64,000 nucleotides of DNA. Source: Pachysolen tannophilus NRRL Y-2460 (Eukaryota). This document shows positions 46,235 through 61,696 of this stretch, in pieces; positions within the stretch are counted from its first letter, which is position 1; each line of letters opens with the position of its first letter. The notes beneath the pieces are model-generated. The model made no database searches. It had not been told where the DNA came from and was given only the letters and a program-made list of their open reading frames with translations. A program made the position numbers and the translations under genes. The DNA lies in assembly GCA_001661245.1 (NCBI GenBank), contig KV454012.1:1910418-1974417 (forward strand), written 5' to 3'.

Positions 46235-49151
46235 CCAATTCCACTTCTTATATACACATATATATAAATATATATAAATATTATCTTCAACCTTTAAATG
46301 TTTAGTGTATATACATATATATATATCTACATATATATGTATACATATATATATTTATTTATTTATTATATGTGCTATACGCAAGCTCAGCACATATAAC
46401 GGAGATTCGAAATTCTAATTAAAAGAAATTAGGGACAAAAACAATTCTTAAAATTACGTCTACCTACCCAAAATAAAGAAAGTTTTATGTTCCTGAAACT
46501 GGCATTTCACCAAACTTTAACTTTAAAGCTTAATGCATGTTCATGTGTGTATCATTACATCGGTCAATTTTTCAACCTAAGATTGAAAAAGAAAAACAAA
46601 AAAAAAACAGCAATTAATATAAACCGTAAAACTAGGTGAAAAAAAAAAATGACACTTAAGTACCTTAGACTTGTCTAATTGTTAGAGGTTTTTTTTTTTT
46701 TTTAAAAAAAAAACCAAAAAAAAAAGTCAATTAATAATTAATTTTTAAAAGTAAACTGTGTCCTGGATTTAACTTTTTTAACCACTTGGATTAAATTCGA
46801 AAGACAAAAAATCATTAAGTATGCATACTGTTGCATACTTAATTTGGTGTGCAATTATCCTCAATTTGGTCATTATTTTTTTTTTGAGCAAAATGATGAG
46901 GGAGAAATAAGTTAAGAGAATGCAGATACGGTACTAAATTCGCGCTTTTTTTTTTTTTTTTTTGGGTACATTTTATTGTATTCTTGCGCAAAAAGACAGA
47001 AAATATATATTGTGTATATTATAAAAGAAATTTTTCGTTTACGTCAGATACTTTGTTTAAGTTGGCAACATACATATAGAATTAGAAAATTTAGAAATTT
47101 GAATTACATCTTCAAATGGTATCAGCTTGTAACTATTGACTAAAAAGAAAAGAAATTCCGTCATTGTCGTTTTGATTGAATCTTTTTTGTTTTTTTTAAA
47201 AGAAAAGATTATGTTATTATATAAAGAATGTTGAACAATTTTTGTTTCAAAGACTTTTTTCCCCCAACCCAAACCCATTCCGATTTACAAATAATAAAAA
47301 AATGAAAAGAAAAGAAACGCAAAAGGAAAGGAAAGGATATAGGGTATAGGATAATAGGGTTTCTTTTTTTTTTTGCAGAGTGCAAATCTTTAACGTTGAG
47401 CAAGATTAATATTTGAGTTTATGTGCTACGTGGTGATGATCCAAACATATTTCGTATTTATTCATATATGGAGAAAATAGGTAATAACACCTCATATTGT
47501 GACGTTGTGAAATCTAAAAGCTTAGCAAGTAACTCTCTCCTCTATATGTTCTGTGGAATTCTGTGACTTTTGTTCTCAACAATAGCATTTCTGAAAAGAC
47601 GTCAGTTAGAAAACATATTTTACTTTAAAACAAACTAAAACAAAAAAAAACACAGCCAACCTGAAAGAAACCATTTAAGTTTCCATGCCGAGCCTCCTCC
47701 GCCAAATGTTGATATTTCGTAAAAAAAAAAAATTAGTGTAAGATAGACTTCACGATTATAGAAGGCATGAAGTAGGTACCGCAGCCCGTTCCTTCCTCCT
47801 TTGCGATCCGGGTTAAGAATTTTTTTTTTTCAAAAGAAAAAAAAAAAAAAAAGTGGGCAAATGTAAACAGGGAATAATCTGCACTATCCCCAACTTTTCA
47901 ATAAAATGTAGACTATCCTAGAAGAAAATTGAGCATATGGCCTCTAAATTAACTAAAAAAAAAAAAAAATACATACATATTCTTTAACTAAATTAGTGTT
48001 GCCATTTTATAACATCCATGACGAGTGTCAATTTTTCTGCCCCGAAATATGGTATGGAAAAACATTTACCAATACAGTTAAAAAAACTTGAACTTTTTCC
48101 GTTTGTCAAGGTTCAAGGTTGTAAGAACAAAAAATATTGAGGAACTGATCGGGTGATCTTGCCAATGTAAAAGTTTTCAATATGCTAATTTTTTATTTTT
48201 TAATTTTTGTTTTTGAAAGCATCTCAAAAACAAAAACAAAAACATGAAAAAATTGAGATATTCTTTCCATGCTACTATATTCGCCGAAAGTCTGATACTA
48301 GATTTAATACTGGGAACTATAGATACTACATGGGGCTTACAAAAGTATATAGGAATTCTTTGCTTTAATAAATTTAACCTTTACTTGATTTAAAAGTACT
48401 TGGTAAAGAAAAATATTATTTTGGCAGCGTAGTAGGCACCATATCCCATGAAATTAAAAGGTGATCCCGCAAAAAAAAAAAAAAATAAAAAAAAGAAAAA
48501 AACTATCTACGTTATCTTTACGCTTAGATAGGTCCACTTTGATCAATTTAAGATTCATTTGTCCGAGGACAATTTTTTTTTAAGGTATAAAGTTTAATTA
48601 TGTAAAATATGTAAAGTGTGTGTATTATTGTTTTAGTAAGCCGCGCGCGGTAATAATAATTTTTTTTTTTATTTTATTTTATTTTATTTTATTTTTTTTT
48701 AATAATTTCAGATAGTTTAGCTAAAATATTATTATATGTGAAAAAGAGCAAATTTTAATTTTTTGTCTGAAGATATAATTCCGGTATTTTTTTTTTTTTT
48801 TTTGACAACTACCAAAAGTTTTATAATTTTTAAAGATTGCCTGCCACACTTCAAGATAAATTTTTGAATAACATAGGAAGGAGGGATTAAAGAGAATTCG
48901 TGAGGCGATAGGTAGTATATGAAGTACTTCTTAGACAATGATAAACATAATAGTCATCCATATAGACTAAAAAAAAAAAATGGATATTATTATTATTTAC
49001 TAAAGGTGAAGATTTTTGAAAATCTTTAGATTCAATCAAACTTTTGACGAAACTGTCGATGAAGGTGGGTTGTTCTTTGATGTAAATGTAGAACTACAGA
49101 ACAGCAAAAATGTAAAATAGACTGATAAGCGCTATTAGTGCAGTATCTCCT

Positions 49152-50838
49152 CGCAGCTCTCTTTATTACTGTATCACGAAATTGTGACAAGTTGGAAAAA
49201 CAAAAACATCTTTTTTTTTTTTTTTTTTTTAATTTTTTTTTTTGGTCCGCTTAAAACATTTCTATTTGAAATCGAGTAAGGTGCATACTATGATCTGCTC
49301 TTATATGCTTTACTTTACTTTACTTTACTTTGCTTTTACTTAGTTCTACTGTGCTCTTTGGTGCTCTTTGAACAGGCTTTAGAAAACAAAACAAAATAGA
49401 AAAAAAAATATAATATATATTCATCTACATCCTAGTCAATATTATGTATTAAAAGCTTTTTTTAAAATCAAAATTCAAGATTTTTTATGCAACTATTAAT
49501 GATTCTCGATCCCTAAATACATGATGAACAAATAAGAGTAACACAATTTTTTTTTTTTTATAAAATATTATTTTGCAAGTACATCCCACTTATTATTATT
49601 ATTATCGTCTTTTAACCAATAAATAATAGTAATAATAGTCGTATTAGTAGTTGTAGTTTTTATTTTGTAAATATTATTAAAAAATTCAACTAAATTCGTA
49701 AAATCACATAATCACATAACCACAACTTCTCTTATGCATTCGTGCCTACTATAATATGACCTTTCTGAAATTTGTCCTTCTAGTAAAAGATGAAGATGAA
49801 TCTCCGGGTAAATGTTTTTGTTTTCGTTTTTCAAAAAAATCTCAACTAAACAAAGTCGTGTAATTTAAAATAAAAAAAAATCAAAAAAATTTAAAAAACC
49901 CAAATTGATATTACCAACACTACTTTTAATTTAATAATTTTTTTTTCTTTTCTTTTTTTTTTTCTTTTTTNNNNNNNNNNNNNNNNNNNNNNNNNNNNNN
50001 NNNNNNNNNNNNNNNNNNNCGCAGCTCTCTTTATTACTGTATCACGAAATTGTGACAAGTTGGAAAAACAAAAACATCTTTTTTTTTTTTTTTTTTTAAT
50101 TTTTTTTTTGGTCCGCTTAAAACATTTCTATTTGAAATCGAGTAAGGTGCATACTATGATCTGCTCTTATATGCTTTACTTTACTTTACTTTACTTTGCT
50201 TTTACTTAGTTCTACTGTGCTCTTTGGTGCTCTTTGAACAGGCTTTAGAAAACAAAACAAAATAGAAAAAAAAATATAATATATATTCATCTACATCCTA
50301 GTCAATATTATGTATTAAAAGCTTTTTTTAAAATCAAAATTCAAGATTTTTTATGCAACTATTAATGATTCTCGATCCCTAAATACATGATGAACAAATA
50401 AGAGTAACACAATTTTTTTTTTTTTTATAAAATATTATTTTGCAAGTACATCCCACTTATTATTATTATTATCGTCTTTTAACCAATAAATAATAGTAAT
50501 AATAGTCGTATTAGTAGTTGTAGTTTTTATTTTGTAAATATTATTAAAAAATTCAACTAAATTCGTAAAATCACATAATCACATAACCACAACTTCTCTT
50601 ATGCATTCGTGCCTACTATAATATGACCTTTCTGAAATTTGTCCTTCTAGTAAAAGATGAAGATGAATCTCCGGGTAAATGTTTTTGTTTTCGTTTTTCA
50701 AAAAAATCTCAACTAAACAAAGTCGTGTAATTTAAAATAAAAAAAAAATCAAAAAAATTTAAAAAACCCAAATTGATATTACCAACACTACTTTTAATTT
50801 AATAATTTTTTTTTTCTTTCTTTTTTTTTTTTTTCTTT
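49152..50838. repeat. ~820-bp direct duplication flanking an N-gap (49152..49970 vs 50020..~50838); probably an unmerged contig overlap
   Basis: The copies appear identical except for homopolymer lengths and are separated only by Ns (49971-50019). Confidence 0.9.
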
Positions 50839-50921
50839 ATCTCATCTCTTTTTCTCTGTAAGGAAAAGAAAAAAAAAAAAAAAAAAGAAAAAATTTTTTT
50901 TTTAAAATGGTGAAAAATTTT
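50839..50921. promoter_or_regulatory. Ribosome-biogenesis promoter elements: PAC-like and RRPE
   Basis: ATCTCATCTC (GATGAG core on the minus strand) at 50839-50848 and TGAAAAATTTT at 50911-50921, upstream of NOG1. Confidence 0.7.
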
Positions 50922-51031
50922 TTTTAGCTATAAAATAAATTAATTATCTATTATAGATTATAGATAGATAGATAGATAGATATCTATTATAACTATAAGA
51001 CCAAACGGGCCATTTTTATTAAGGAATAACG

Positions 51032-52984
51032 ATGCAGTTAACATGGAAGGATATTTCTACGGTTCCAACATCGAATGATTTGTTGGATATTGTTTTAAAT
51101 AGAACTCAGAGAAAGACACCTACTGTTATAAGACCTGGTTTTAAAATTAGTCGTATTAGAGCTTTTTATATGAGAAAAGTTAAATTTACAGCTGAAGGTT
51201 TTGAAGAAAAATTTAGTGATATCTTGTCTGGATTCCCAAATATAAATGATGTTCATCCATTTCATAGAGATTTAATGGATACTTTATATGAAAAAAATCA
51301 TTATAAAGTTTCATTAGCGGCTGTATCAAAAGCAAAGACTTTAATCGAACAAGTTTCAAGAGATTATAATAGATTATTAAAATTTGGTCAATCCTTGTTT
51401 CAATGTAAGCAGTTGAAAAGAGCAGCTTTAGGTCGTATGGCTACTATTGTTAAGAAATTAAAAGATCCTTTAATTTATTTAGAACAAGTTAGACAACATT
51501 TAGGAAGATTACCTTCTATTGATCCAAATACTAGAACTTTATTGATTTGTGGTTATCCTAATGTTGGTAAATCTTCATTTTTACGTTGTATTACTAAAGC
51601 AGATGTTGAAGTTCAACCATATGCTTTTACTACAAAATCATTATATGTGGGGCATTTTGATTATAAATATTTAAGATTTCAAGCTATTGATACTCCTGGT
51701 ATTCTTGATAGACCAACTGAAGAAATGAATAATATTGAAATGCAAAGTATTTATGCAATTGCTCATTTAAGATCATGTGTCTTATATTTTATGGATTTAT
51801 CAGAACAATGTGGATTTTCAATTGAAGCTCAAGTTAAATTATTTCATTCTATTAAACCATTATTTGCTAATAAATCAGTATTAGTTGTTATGAATAAGAC
51901 TGATATTATTAGAGTTGAAGATTTAGATGAAGAAAGACAAACTTTATTGAAAACTTTAACAGAAGTACCAGGTGTTGAAATTATGCAAACTTCATGTTAT
52001 GAAGAATCTAATGTAATGGATGTTAGAAATAAAGCATGTGAAAAATTATTAACAGCAAGAATTGAACAAAAATTAAAAGGAAGTGCTAGAATCACTAATG
52101 TTATGAATAAAATTCATGTTGCTCAACCTCAACAAAGAGATGATTTAAAAAGAGAAGCATATATACCAGAAGTTGTTAAATTATTACCTAAATATAATAA
52201 AGATGATCCAAATAGGAGAAAATTGGCTAGAGATATTGAAGAAGAAAATGGTGGTGCTGGTGTTTTCAATATTAATTTGAAAGATAAATATCTTTTAGAA
52301 GATGAAGAATGGAAACAAGATGTAATGCCAGAAATTTTAAATGGTAAAAATGTTTATGATTTCTTAGATCCTGAAATTGCTGCTAAATTACAAGCATTAG
52401 AAGAAGAAGAAGAAAGATTGGAAAAAGAAGGTTTTTATGATTCTGATTCTGAAGTTGAAGATGAAGAAATTGAAGAAATTAAAGAAAAAGCACTTTGGAT
52501 TAGAAATAAACAAAAGCAAATGATTAATGATGCAAGATCAAGAAAATCTTTAAAAAATAGAGCTATAATGCCAAGATCAAAAGTTTCTAAAACTTTTGAT
52601 GATATGGAAGAACATATGTATATGATTGGACATGATACTTCAAAATTATCAGAACGTAAGAGACAATTAAAAGAACAAAATAATTCAAGAAAGAGACACT
52701 TATCCGGTTCAGAAGTAATACAAAGAGAATCAGAATCATTAGATGCTTCTTCTTCTACTTCTACTTCTAATTCAAAGAAACAACCAGCAAGACAAACAGA
52801 TAGATTAAATGATGGTCTTGCAGATGGATCTTTACGTAGTAAAGCCGAAAGATTGGCCAAGATACAAAGAAGAGAAAGAAATAGACAAGCAAGACAAGGT
52901 GAAGCAGATAGACATGCAACTGCAAGTTTACCAAAACATTTGTTCAGTGGTAAGAGAGGTATTGGAAGTAATGATCGTCGTTAA
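51032..52984 (+). CDS. NOG1: Nucleolar GTP-binding protein 1 (60S biogenesis)
   Basis: MQLTWKDI.., [49 protein letters not shown] and [12 protein letters not shown]. Confidence 0.99.
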   Translation: MQLTWKDISTVPTSNDLLDIVLNRTQRKTPTVIRPGFKISRIRAFYMRKVKFTAEGFEEKFSDILSGFPNINDVHPFHRDLMDTLYEKNHYKVSLAAVSKAKTLIEQVSRDYNRLLKFGQSLFQCKQLKRAALGRMATIVKKLKDPLIYLEQVRQHLGRLPSIDPNTRTLLICGYPNVGKSSFLRCITKADVEVQPYAFTTKSLYVGHFDYKYLRFQAIDTPGILDRPTEEMNNIEMQSIYAIAHLRSCVLYFMDLSEQCGFSIEAQVKLFHSIKPLFANKSVLVVMNKTDIIRVEDLDEERQTLLKTLTEVPGVEIMQTSCYEESNVMDVRNKACEKLLTARIEQKLKGSARITNVMNKIHVAQPQQRDDLKREAYIPEVVKLLPKYNKDDPNRRKLARDIEEENGGAGVFNINLKDKYLLEDEEWKQDVMPEILNGKNVYDFLDPEIAAKLQALEEEEERLEKEGFYDSDSEVEDEEIEEIKEKALWIRNKQKQMINDARSRKSLKNRAIMPRSKVSKTFDDMEEHMYMIGHDTSKLSERKRQLKEQNNSRKRHLSGSEVIQRESESLDASSSTSTSNSKKQPARQTDRLNDGLADGSLRSKAERLAKIQRRERNRQARQGEADRHATASLPKHLFSGKRGIGSNDRR

Positions 52985-53812
52985 ACTCTTCCATCTCTTC
53001 CTACACACATACACATACTTACAATCACTCACACAAACAAACACATATATATATATATATAAATATATATATATATATTTTTTTCAATCAATATAATAAC
53101 CATTTTATTTTTAAATTGTGTGTTACCACCAACTAACCAACCAACCTATTATTGTAATGACATTCCTTCTATTACTTACTACTCATTCATTCTATTCCTA
53201 GATGCACCTTAATTGTAAAACAGAAAAACTGCAGTTTCCCCTTTAGGAAACTGTGTGTACCTACGTTTCTGTCAAGCCAAACTCCGGGTAACAAAAGAAA
53301 TTAAATTAATGTCTTGTTTTAATTGATAAGAATAAAAAGGACTTTATTAAACTAAAAGAGCGCTTAAACAAAAGTAATGAAACAAGATAAGTAGAAAGTG
53401 ACATAGTAATAAATAAAATAATAATAATAATAATAATATATATATATATAATTTATACTATTGATTTTTCATATATTAATACCATTATAAATAGTACTTG
53501 ATTTTAAAAAATAATAATAATAATAATAATAAGAAGTATAAAATTTAAAGTATAAACAGAAAAGAAAGATCAATTTAAGCGAGGTAAATAATAATAAAAT
53601 AATAATAAAATTAATAATAATATTATCATCATCATCATCATCATTTTTATTATTATTATTTGATTGGGGGTTTAATTAATTAATAAATTAATTGTAATTA
53701 ATTAACCATATTTTATTAGGTAATTTTTTTTTATTAAGGTTTTTTATACTTTAAAAGAAACAAAAAAATTAAAAATAAAAAAATAAAAAAAAAAGTAACG
53801 AAAAGTATATCT

Positions 53813-53892
53813 AGTGAGTGACTGAGTGAGTGATTGAGTGATTGAGTGAGTAAGTGATTGAGTAAGTGAGTGAGCGAGCGAGTTAGTTAGTG
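53813..53892. repeat. Degenerate (GAGT)n tetranucleotide array just upstream of LEE1
   Basis: agtgagtgactgagtgagtgattgagtg...gagcgagcgagttagttag. Confidence 0.8.
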
Positions 53893-53956
53893 AAAGAAAA
53901 AAAAAACAGTTAAAGGGCGCTTATATTTTAAATCACACTTTCGCTTTGTATAAACG

Positions 53957-54412
53957 ATGAATACGTTTATAGAGGATAAAAAGAATGCCATTAATCCGCT
54001 AATATATAATGGTAATTCTAATGGTAGCGTTATTGCAGGAACCAATAATTCCCAATTCTTACTTAACCATCAAAACAATATTAATTCTGCTAATATGAAT
54101 CAGTATATTGGGGGTGGGGGTCAGTATGTTGGTGTTGGCGGCAATGGTGGTAGTGGCAGCGCCGGGAACCGTGCTGGTTTCGGTGCTGGCATTGGTATCG
54201 GTACTGGTATTGGTCCTAATGCAGGAATTGGTGCAGGTACAGGCGTGGGTTCCAATTCCAGTCAGTACGTGCTAAGTAATAGCCACGGATTTAACAATGG
54301 TAATGGAACGGATTTATCCCTGCAACAACAGCCACAGCCACAGCAACATGTTCAAAGAGCTTACTCTAATGATTTCACCAGTAATGGGAATATTAATAAT
54401 AATAATAACAGC

Positions 54413-54452
<40 letters not shown>

Positions 54453-56119
54453 CGAGAAATTCAGTTAGTGGATATTCTACTTCTTCAAAATTGGATAATG
54501 GTTCTGGTTCAGCAGGAAAATCTCCTCCTGCTGCAAAGAATCTTTCTCATGTTCCATGCAAGTTTTTCCGCCAAGGCGCTTGTCAAGCAGGTTCTTCTTG
54601 TCCTTTCTCTCATTCAATGGATTCAGTTTCTGAACAAACTCCTTGCAAGTATTTCCAAAAAGGCAATTGTAAATTTGGTGTCAAGTGTGCATTAGCTCAT
54701 ATTTTACCTGATGGTAGAAGAGTAAACCCAAAATCGTTAGTGCAGGCTTATCAGCAGGTTCAGCAACAGCAGCAGCAGCAGCAGCAACAGCAACAACAAC
54801 TGCTGCCAGTTCACCCTGGTGCAAATACTCTTGGTGGAATCAATGCAAATAATAATACTGCCAACAATGGAGGATTGGTTGGCAGTGCGGGAACGGCAAA
54901 TGCTAATGGTAATTATTACTCATTATCATCGAATCCGTCGTTACAACGTGCTAGTTCTTTTGGTAATCCACAAGCATCATCAAGACCTATAAATTTCAAC
55001 CTGGCTGGCCCATCAGCTGTATCTTCCCTTGCTGTTAATAACCATGCTGCTGCAACGACCAACAATTCCAATAACAATAATAGTGGTAACAGTTCGTATT
55101 CGAACTCTTATACACTGCCTATTAGTATTAATGATAATAGCACCAACTTGTATTCAAATAACCATTCCAATTCGAATGGTGCCAATAATGGGTATTTAAA
55201 TAATACCGGCCCAGGTAATAGTTCCCAATATATTCATCAATCTTCAGGAACGTCTGCTTCACAAATTGGCTCTTCACCATTTGCTTCAAACAATTCAATA
55301 TGGAACAATAATAACAATTCGTCAAATACTTATATCAACAATCCTCAATTACAGAATAACTCCGGATCGTATGTTAGCTCGACTTTAACATCTCCAAGTC
55401 TAACTAGTCCTACGATTTCTAAAAACCAGCACCAGCCAATTCCAGTCAGATCATCTTCAATTTCATATTTCCCATCAACTCCGTCTTCTTCTAATGCTAG
55501 AACTTTGTCTAATAGCAATACCGTTAGCGGCAACAACCCTAATAATATTTCCAGCAATAATAATGGAACATCCAATAGTGCTGCACAACAAATAAGACAA
55601 TCTTTTGTTGCTTCATTATCTCAGACATTGGAGAATAAGAACAATCCAAATAGTAAGAGATTTATTGGAAGTGGTATGGAAAATTCTCCTTCTTATGATT
55701 TAAATGGAAGTGCCATAGTTGATGACGATGAGGAGGAAAGTGGCCGCGGTGCTAAATTTACTGGTACTGATGTTGGCGCACAAAACAATGGTGTTGAAGA
55801 TCAGGAGTTATTGGAGGACTATGTTCCATCAAGTTTATCGGATTTGTTGACTCCCCAAGAATTATTGAAAAGGAGAAATTCAAGGCAGAGTTTTGGAAGT
55901 AATAATGGTGGTAGTAGTGGTTCTGTTGAAGGAGGATTGCCTCAATTACAGCAACCACCAGCACAACCTCTGAATGAGCTTATGCTGCAATATCAACAAC
56001 AACAACAACAACAACAACCTCCGACTCCTCAGAGACTTGTTCATTCAGGAAGTTTTAGTGGGAATCACGTTCCATTAATTGCTGAAGAGAACGAAGAGAC
56101 TCAGTTCTTGATGGATTAA
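53957..56119 (+). CDS. LEE1: Tandem CCCH zinc-finger protein Lee1/Cps3
   Basis: LSHVPCKFFRQGACQAGSSCPFSH and PCKYFQKGNCKFGVKCALAHILPDG; conserved EDYVPSSLSDLLTPQE and terminal EETQFLMD; near MNN9 as in S. cerevisiae. Confidence 0.9.
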
Positions 56120-56401
56120 CAGGTACGATTGGGGTTTCTAGGTTCTCCTTATATGTTTAAGAAATATTTAATCAAATACTTCAATTTTTTGAGAAGATCT
56201 CGGAAAATCATTGTTCTTGGTACATGAGTTTACAGTTATGATTTGTATTAGAATAAAAAGGAAACCAAAAAAAAAAAAAAAAAAAAGCTAACGAAAAAGT
56301 AGAATAACAAAACAGAATAAAATAGTAATTTTTTTAATAAAATAGTTAGAATTAAAGCTTATACGAAAATACAATTTAATATAGATTTATTATACACATA
56401 A

Positions 56402-56790
56402 NNNNNNNNNNNNNNNNNNNNNNNNNNNNNNNNNNNNNNNNNNNNNNNNNNNNNNNNNNNNNNNNNNNNNNNNNNNNNNNNNNNNNNNNNNNNNNNNNNN
56501 NNNNNNNNNNNNNNNNNNNNNNNNNNNNNNNNNNNNNNNNNNNNNNNNNNNNNNNNNNNNNNNNNNNNNNNNNNNNNNNNNNNNNNNNNNNNNNNNNNNN
56601 NNNNNNNNNNNNNNNNNNNNNNNNNNNNNNNNNNNNNNNNNNNNNNNNNNNNNNNNNNNNNNNNNNNNNNNNNNNNNNNNNNNNNNNNNNNNNNNNNNNN
56701 NNNNNNNNNNNNNNNNNNNNNNNNNNNNNNNNNNNNNNNNNNNNNNNNNNNNNNNNNNNNNNNNNNNNNNNNNNNNNNNNNNNNNNNNNN
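56402..56790. other. Assembly gap flanked by a low-quality ~130-bp repeat of the preceding sequence
   Basis: 56791-56916 repeats about 56267-56401 with many single-base deletions. Confidence 0.9.
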
Positions 56791-57783
56791 NAAAAAAAAA
56801 AAAAAAAAGCTACGAAAAAAGTGAATACAAAACAGATAAAATGAATTTTTTTATAAAATAGTTGAATTAAAGCTTATCGAAAATACAATTTAATTATAGA
56901 TTTATTATACACATAAGGACTATTTTATTATTTGTTATCATTATATTTTGTGTTTTTACTGCTGCTGGACAGGAGAAAAGAAGGAAAAATGTACGACGAT
57001 TCCAACATACAAAATAAAAAAAAAAATAAAAAGAGTGTTTTAACTTTAGAATCTATTTAAAAGACTCAATCAAGTACAATATAGAGTTTTTCTAAAAAGA
57101 AAAATAAAAATTTATAAAAAAACATAGGGATGAATGAAGACAACTAAAAAGAAAAATTGTTTTTGGGTACATTTATTTAGTTAAGATTATTATTATTGAG
57201 ATTTTAAAAACCAAGAGAGATACGGAAAAAGGGTAAAAAAAAACTAGAAAAAAAAAATTGTTTGAGTTAAGGTACATAAGAAATCATTTTATTTTTTCAA
57301 AAACATTCATCATTAACAAAATCAATCACTTATTTCTTTTGAGAGCGAAGCTCTGTTTGCTTTTCAGTTTTTTTTTTTATTATTTTTTTTTTCAAGCCTT
57401 TTTCTTTTTTGAACATGACTATTTTTTTTTTTTTTTTTTTTTTTTGACTATATCTGATTTTTTTTTAAAACGGAACTTAATTTACTTTTCAATATACATT
57501 TCTTTATTACTGAAATTATAACATGAGATCAAAAGTTAAACTCCTTATTTTGCTTGAGTGTAATAAAGACAGGAAAGCAAAAAATATTATTGTAAAAATT
57601 CAAAATCAGAAAATAAAAGAGAAAAAAAAAAAAAAAAATAGAAATGGAATTAAATTTAAATCGAACCTATAGATATAAATAAACAACTTCTAGAAAAGTA
57701 GAAGTTAAGTATGAATGAGATAGATATCCAGTAGTCACTTGATTTTTTTTTTTTTTTTTTTTTGTTTGGGGGTTGAGACTCAT

Positions 57784-58905
<1,122 letters not shown>

Positions 58906-59489
58906 TCAATATTTTCAATAAACAAATTCACTAATGATCAATACAATTGAAATAAGAACCAAATCAAACCAAAAAAAAACCACACCCACTTCAAGATGAA
59001 AATTGATTTAACTGATTTAAAATTTATTAATTATACTTTATGAAAAAAACACAGGTTTCCTTGATTTAAAATACACTAGTAACAGAGTTTATAAGAATAT
59101 CAACGTTTAAAAGTAAAAAAAAAAAAAAAAAAAGAGAAATAGAAAGAAAGAAAAAAAAAAAAAAAACAATATTATTATTTTATTATCGAGACATTCATTA
59201 CGTTCTTTAATATTAAACGTTTCCCTTCAATATTCAATATTCTACGTAATAAATATATTTCTAGCTTTGCTTAGTTAATTTCGATATTAAACTGTTTTTT
59301 TTTCTTCTTGAAAAGATCAAATTTCAAGACATAAAAAAAATTAATTTTTTTTTGTGCTTACATGGATTATTTCACCGATCAAAATATAGAATTTATTCAA
59401 TTATTCAAAAAATTATACTAGAAACAATAGAAAAAAAAAAAAAAAAGAAATGGAGAAGGAAGAAGATTTATAGAGTGTATGGTATGAGC

Positions 59490-60740
59490 TTATTTGAAGA
59501 CTTTACCGTCAGCAATTTCTTTTGATTCACCATCAACAATGACTGGTTTATCCCAAGCCCACATATCGTTAACGAATTCTTTATCAGCTGGGTTAGAAGC
59601 ATCTAATTTTTCGTAAAAATAAGATTCCCAATCTGGAGCAACGTCAAAGGCTGGTTTAAAATCTTGGCCTCTAACTAAGAAGGCACCGATGATACCATTA
59701 TTGTTATTTTCACCGTAAACAACTAAACAACCAAACATGAATTTAGTTGAAGCAGATAATCTATTAAAGAAACCACCAACCAAGTTGTTTGACATGAAAG
59801 TTAAAGTTAATTCATCATTATATTTGTAACCAACTTTCCATAATGACCATTCTGATGGATCATAATGTTCCCAAAACCATGGTAAAGCTTTTGGTCTAGT
59901 ATCTTCATTAGAGTAAACTCTTTTCCATTCATCAATTGGTATTTTTGATTTACCAAGAGCTTCCAATGGGTGTTTAGCCTTCTTTGGTTCTTCAGAAGTT
60001 GGTTCATCAGCTTCTGGTTCTGGTTTCTTTTCAGCTTTCTTTTCAGCTTTTGCCTTTGGTTGAGCTTGAGTTTGAGTTTGTTTTTTCTCTTTCTTTGGTG
60101 GAACAAATTCAATTGGTGTATCTCTAAATTTGAAATTTTTATCAAATCTAGTGAATTGGAAAACTGGAGTTTGAGTAAGAGATTTAAACCATCTAGTAAT
60201 TGAAGGATATTGTTTTAAAAAATCTTTTGCCCAAATTGTTTCAAAAATTCTACCAACAACAGTACCAACAAAGATATCAGCTAAAGTTAATCTTTCACCA
60301 ACTAAATAAGTATAATTATATAATCTTTCTTCCAAAATATCAGCCAATTTTAAAGAACCACTTAAACCTTCATCAACTTGTTTTTTATTATAAGGAGTAG
60401 CACCTAATAATGGTAAAAAAGCTTTTGCAGCAGTTGGAATTAATTCAGAACTACCAAATGATAACCATTTAACAACTTGTGCATATTCTTTCAGATTTTT
60501 ACCAAATAATGGAGATTTTTCATTATCTAAAGAAACTAAATAAAGTAAAATTGCAATAACTTCAGTAAGTTTATAACCTTTTGGTCCAATAAAAGCTGGA
60601 ACTTTATTAAGTGGGAAATTTGATTGATATTCTGGATCTTCTTTTGAACTAATCTTAACATCCAATTTTAAATGCTTGATTAAAGCTTCAGCAGCAACAC
60701 AACGAATTTGTTCAGTGGCAAATAAAGTACCTTGAGACAT
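59490..60740 (-). CDS. CAM1: Translation elongation factor eEF1B-gamma (Cam1/Tef4), intronless
   Basis: MSQGTL, FPLNKVPAF, TYLVGERLTLAD (GST-like domain), KHPLEALG..DEWKRVYSNEDTR and AFDVAPDWESY. Confidence 0.97.
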   Translation of the reverse strand: MSQGTLFATEQIRCVAAEALIKHLKLDVKISSKEDPEYQSNFPLNKVPAFIGPKGYKLTEVIAILLYLVSLDNEKSPLFGKNLKEYAQVVKWLSFGSSELIPTAAKAFLPLLGATPYNKKQVDEGLSGSLKLADILEERLYNYTYLVGERLTLADIFVGTVVGRIFETIWAKDFLKQYPSITRWFKSLTQTPVFQFTRFDKNFKFRDTPIEFVPPKKEKKQTQTQAQPKAKAEKKAEKKPEPEADEPTSEEPKKAKHPLEALGKSKIPIDEWKRVYSNEDTRPKALPWFWEHYDPSEWSLWKVGYKYNDELTLTFMSNNLVGGFFNRLSASTKFMFGCLVVYGENNNNGIIGAFLVRGQDFKPAFDVAPDWESYFYEKLDASNPADKEFVNDMWAWDKPVIVDGESKEIADGKVFK

Positions 60741-61696
60741 TTTTGAAATAAAATATTTATATATATAGATAAATTGATTTAATTATAATTGACTTAAATT
60801 CAATTCTATAAATTATAATAAAATTATAATAATATAATTAAAATATTTTCTTTCATCAATTAAATTTAAATTTGTTGACGGTAAAATTAAAGCAAAAAAA
60901 AATTTTTCATTTTAAAAAAAAAAAATTTAACAAAACAATTTTTACGAAAATTTAGCCAAAAGAATAAAAAAAAAAGTTAACTCTCATTCAGATTTTATGT
61001 AAGAGACAAGTTTTGAAAAGAGGAATTGTAATTACAAAGAAAGATATGAATACTATATGTGAGACATTGAGTGATTCTTCAAGTAAATTTTCAAGTGAAT
61101 TAATTGTAGAGATTCAATGATTCTACAAAATATAACACAACAAAAACAAAACAAAAAAAAAAAAAAATTGTATATACAAAAATAATTAAAAGTAAATAGT
61201 AAATTTTCAGATAAAAATTTCTCGACACTGTTTATTAAGACAGGGATAACTGTATAATAAATTTGATAAATTTTTCTCATCATGTTAAAACTGAATTACT
61301 TTTAAAATAAAATGCAACAAAAAAAAAAAACAAAAAAACAAAAAATAAAACTTTCAAGTCTTTTGTATACTCTACTACACTCTACAGAGAAGGCAATGTA
61401 ATACTTTTTCCAAAACCTTTTGAAAACAATAATATATATAAAAGATTATCCTTGACAACTCTGAGATTGAAAACTTAAATATAATAATATAATAAATAAA
61501 TAGTATTAATAAAGTATTTAATTTATTATTAGTATTCTTTAGCGGTTATTTTATATACAAAATTTTTCTTTTTTTTGTTTGCAAATTTGAAAAATTTTTC
61601 TTGCAAAAAAAAAAAAAAGAGAATTACCTAAAACGGAAATTGTGTGTGTCTACGTGTTAGAAACACGACTTGTAGTAAAAAGAAAAAAGAAAAAAA

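Noticed and set aside
49152..50838. ~820-bp direct repeat resembling an LTR pair or tandem duplication
   Set aside because: The copies abut an N-gap, differ only in homopolymer lengths and show no TG..CA ends or internal ORF. This is a contig-overlap artefact.
56267..56916. Short imperfect direct repeat around the third gap
   Set aside because: The second copy has many single-base deletions typical of a low-quality read end.
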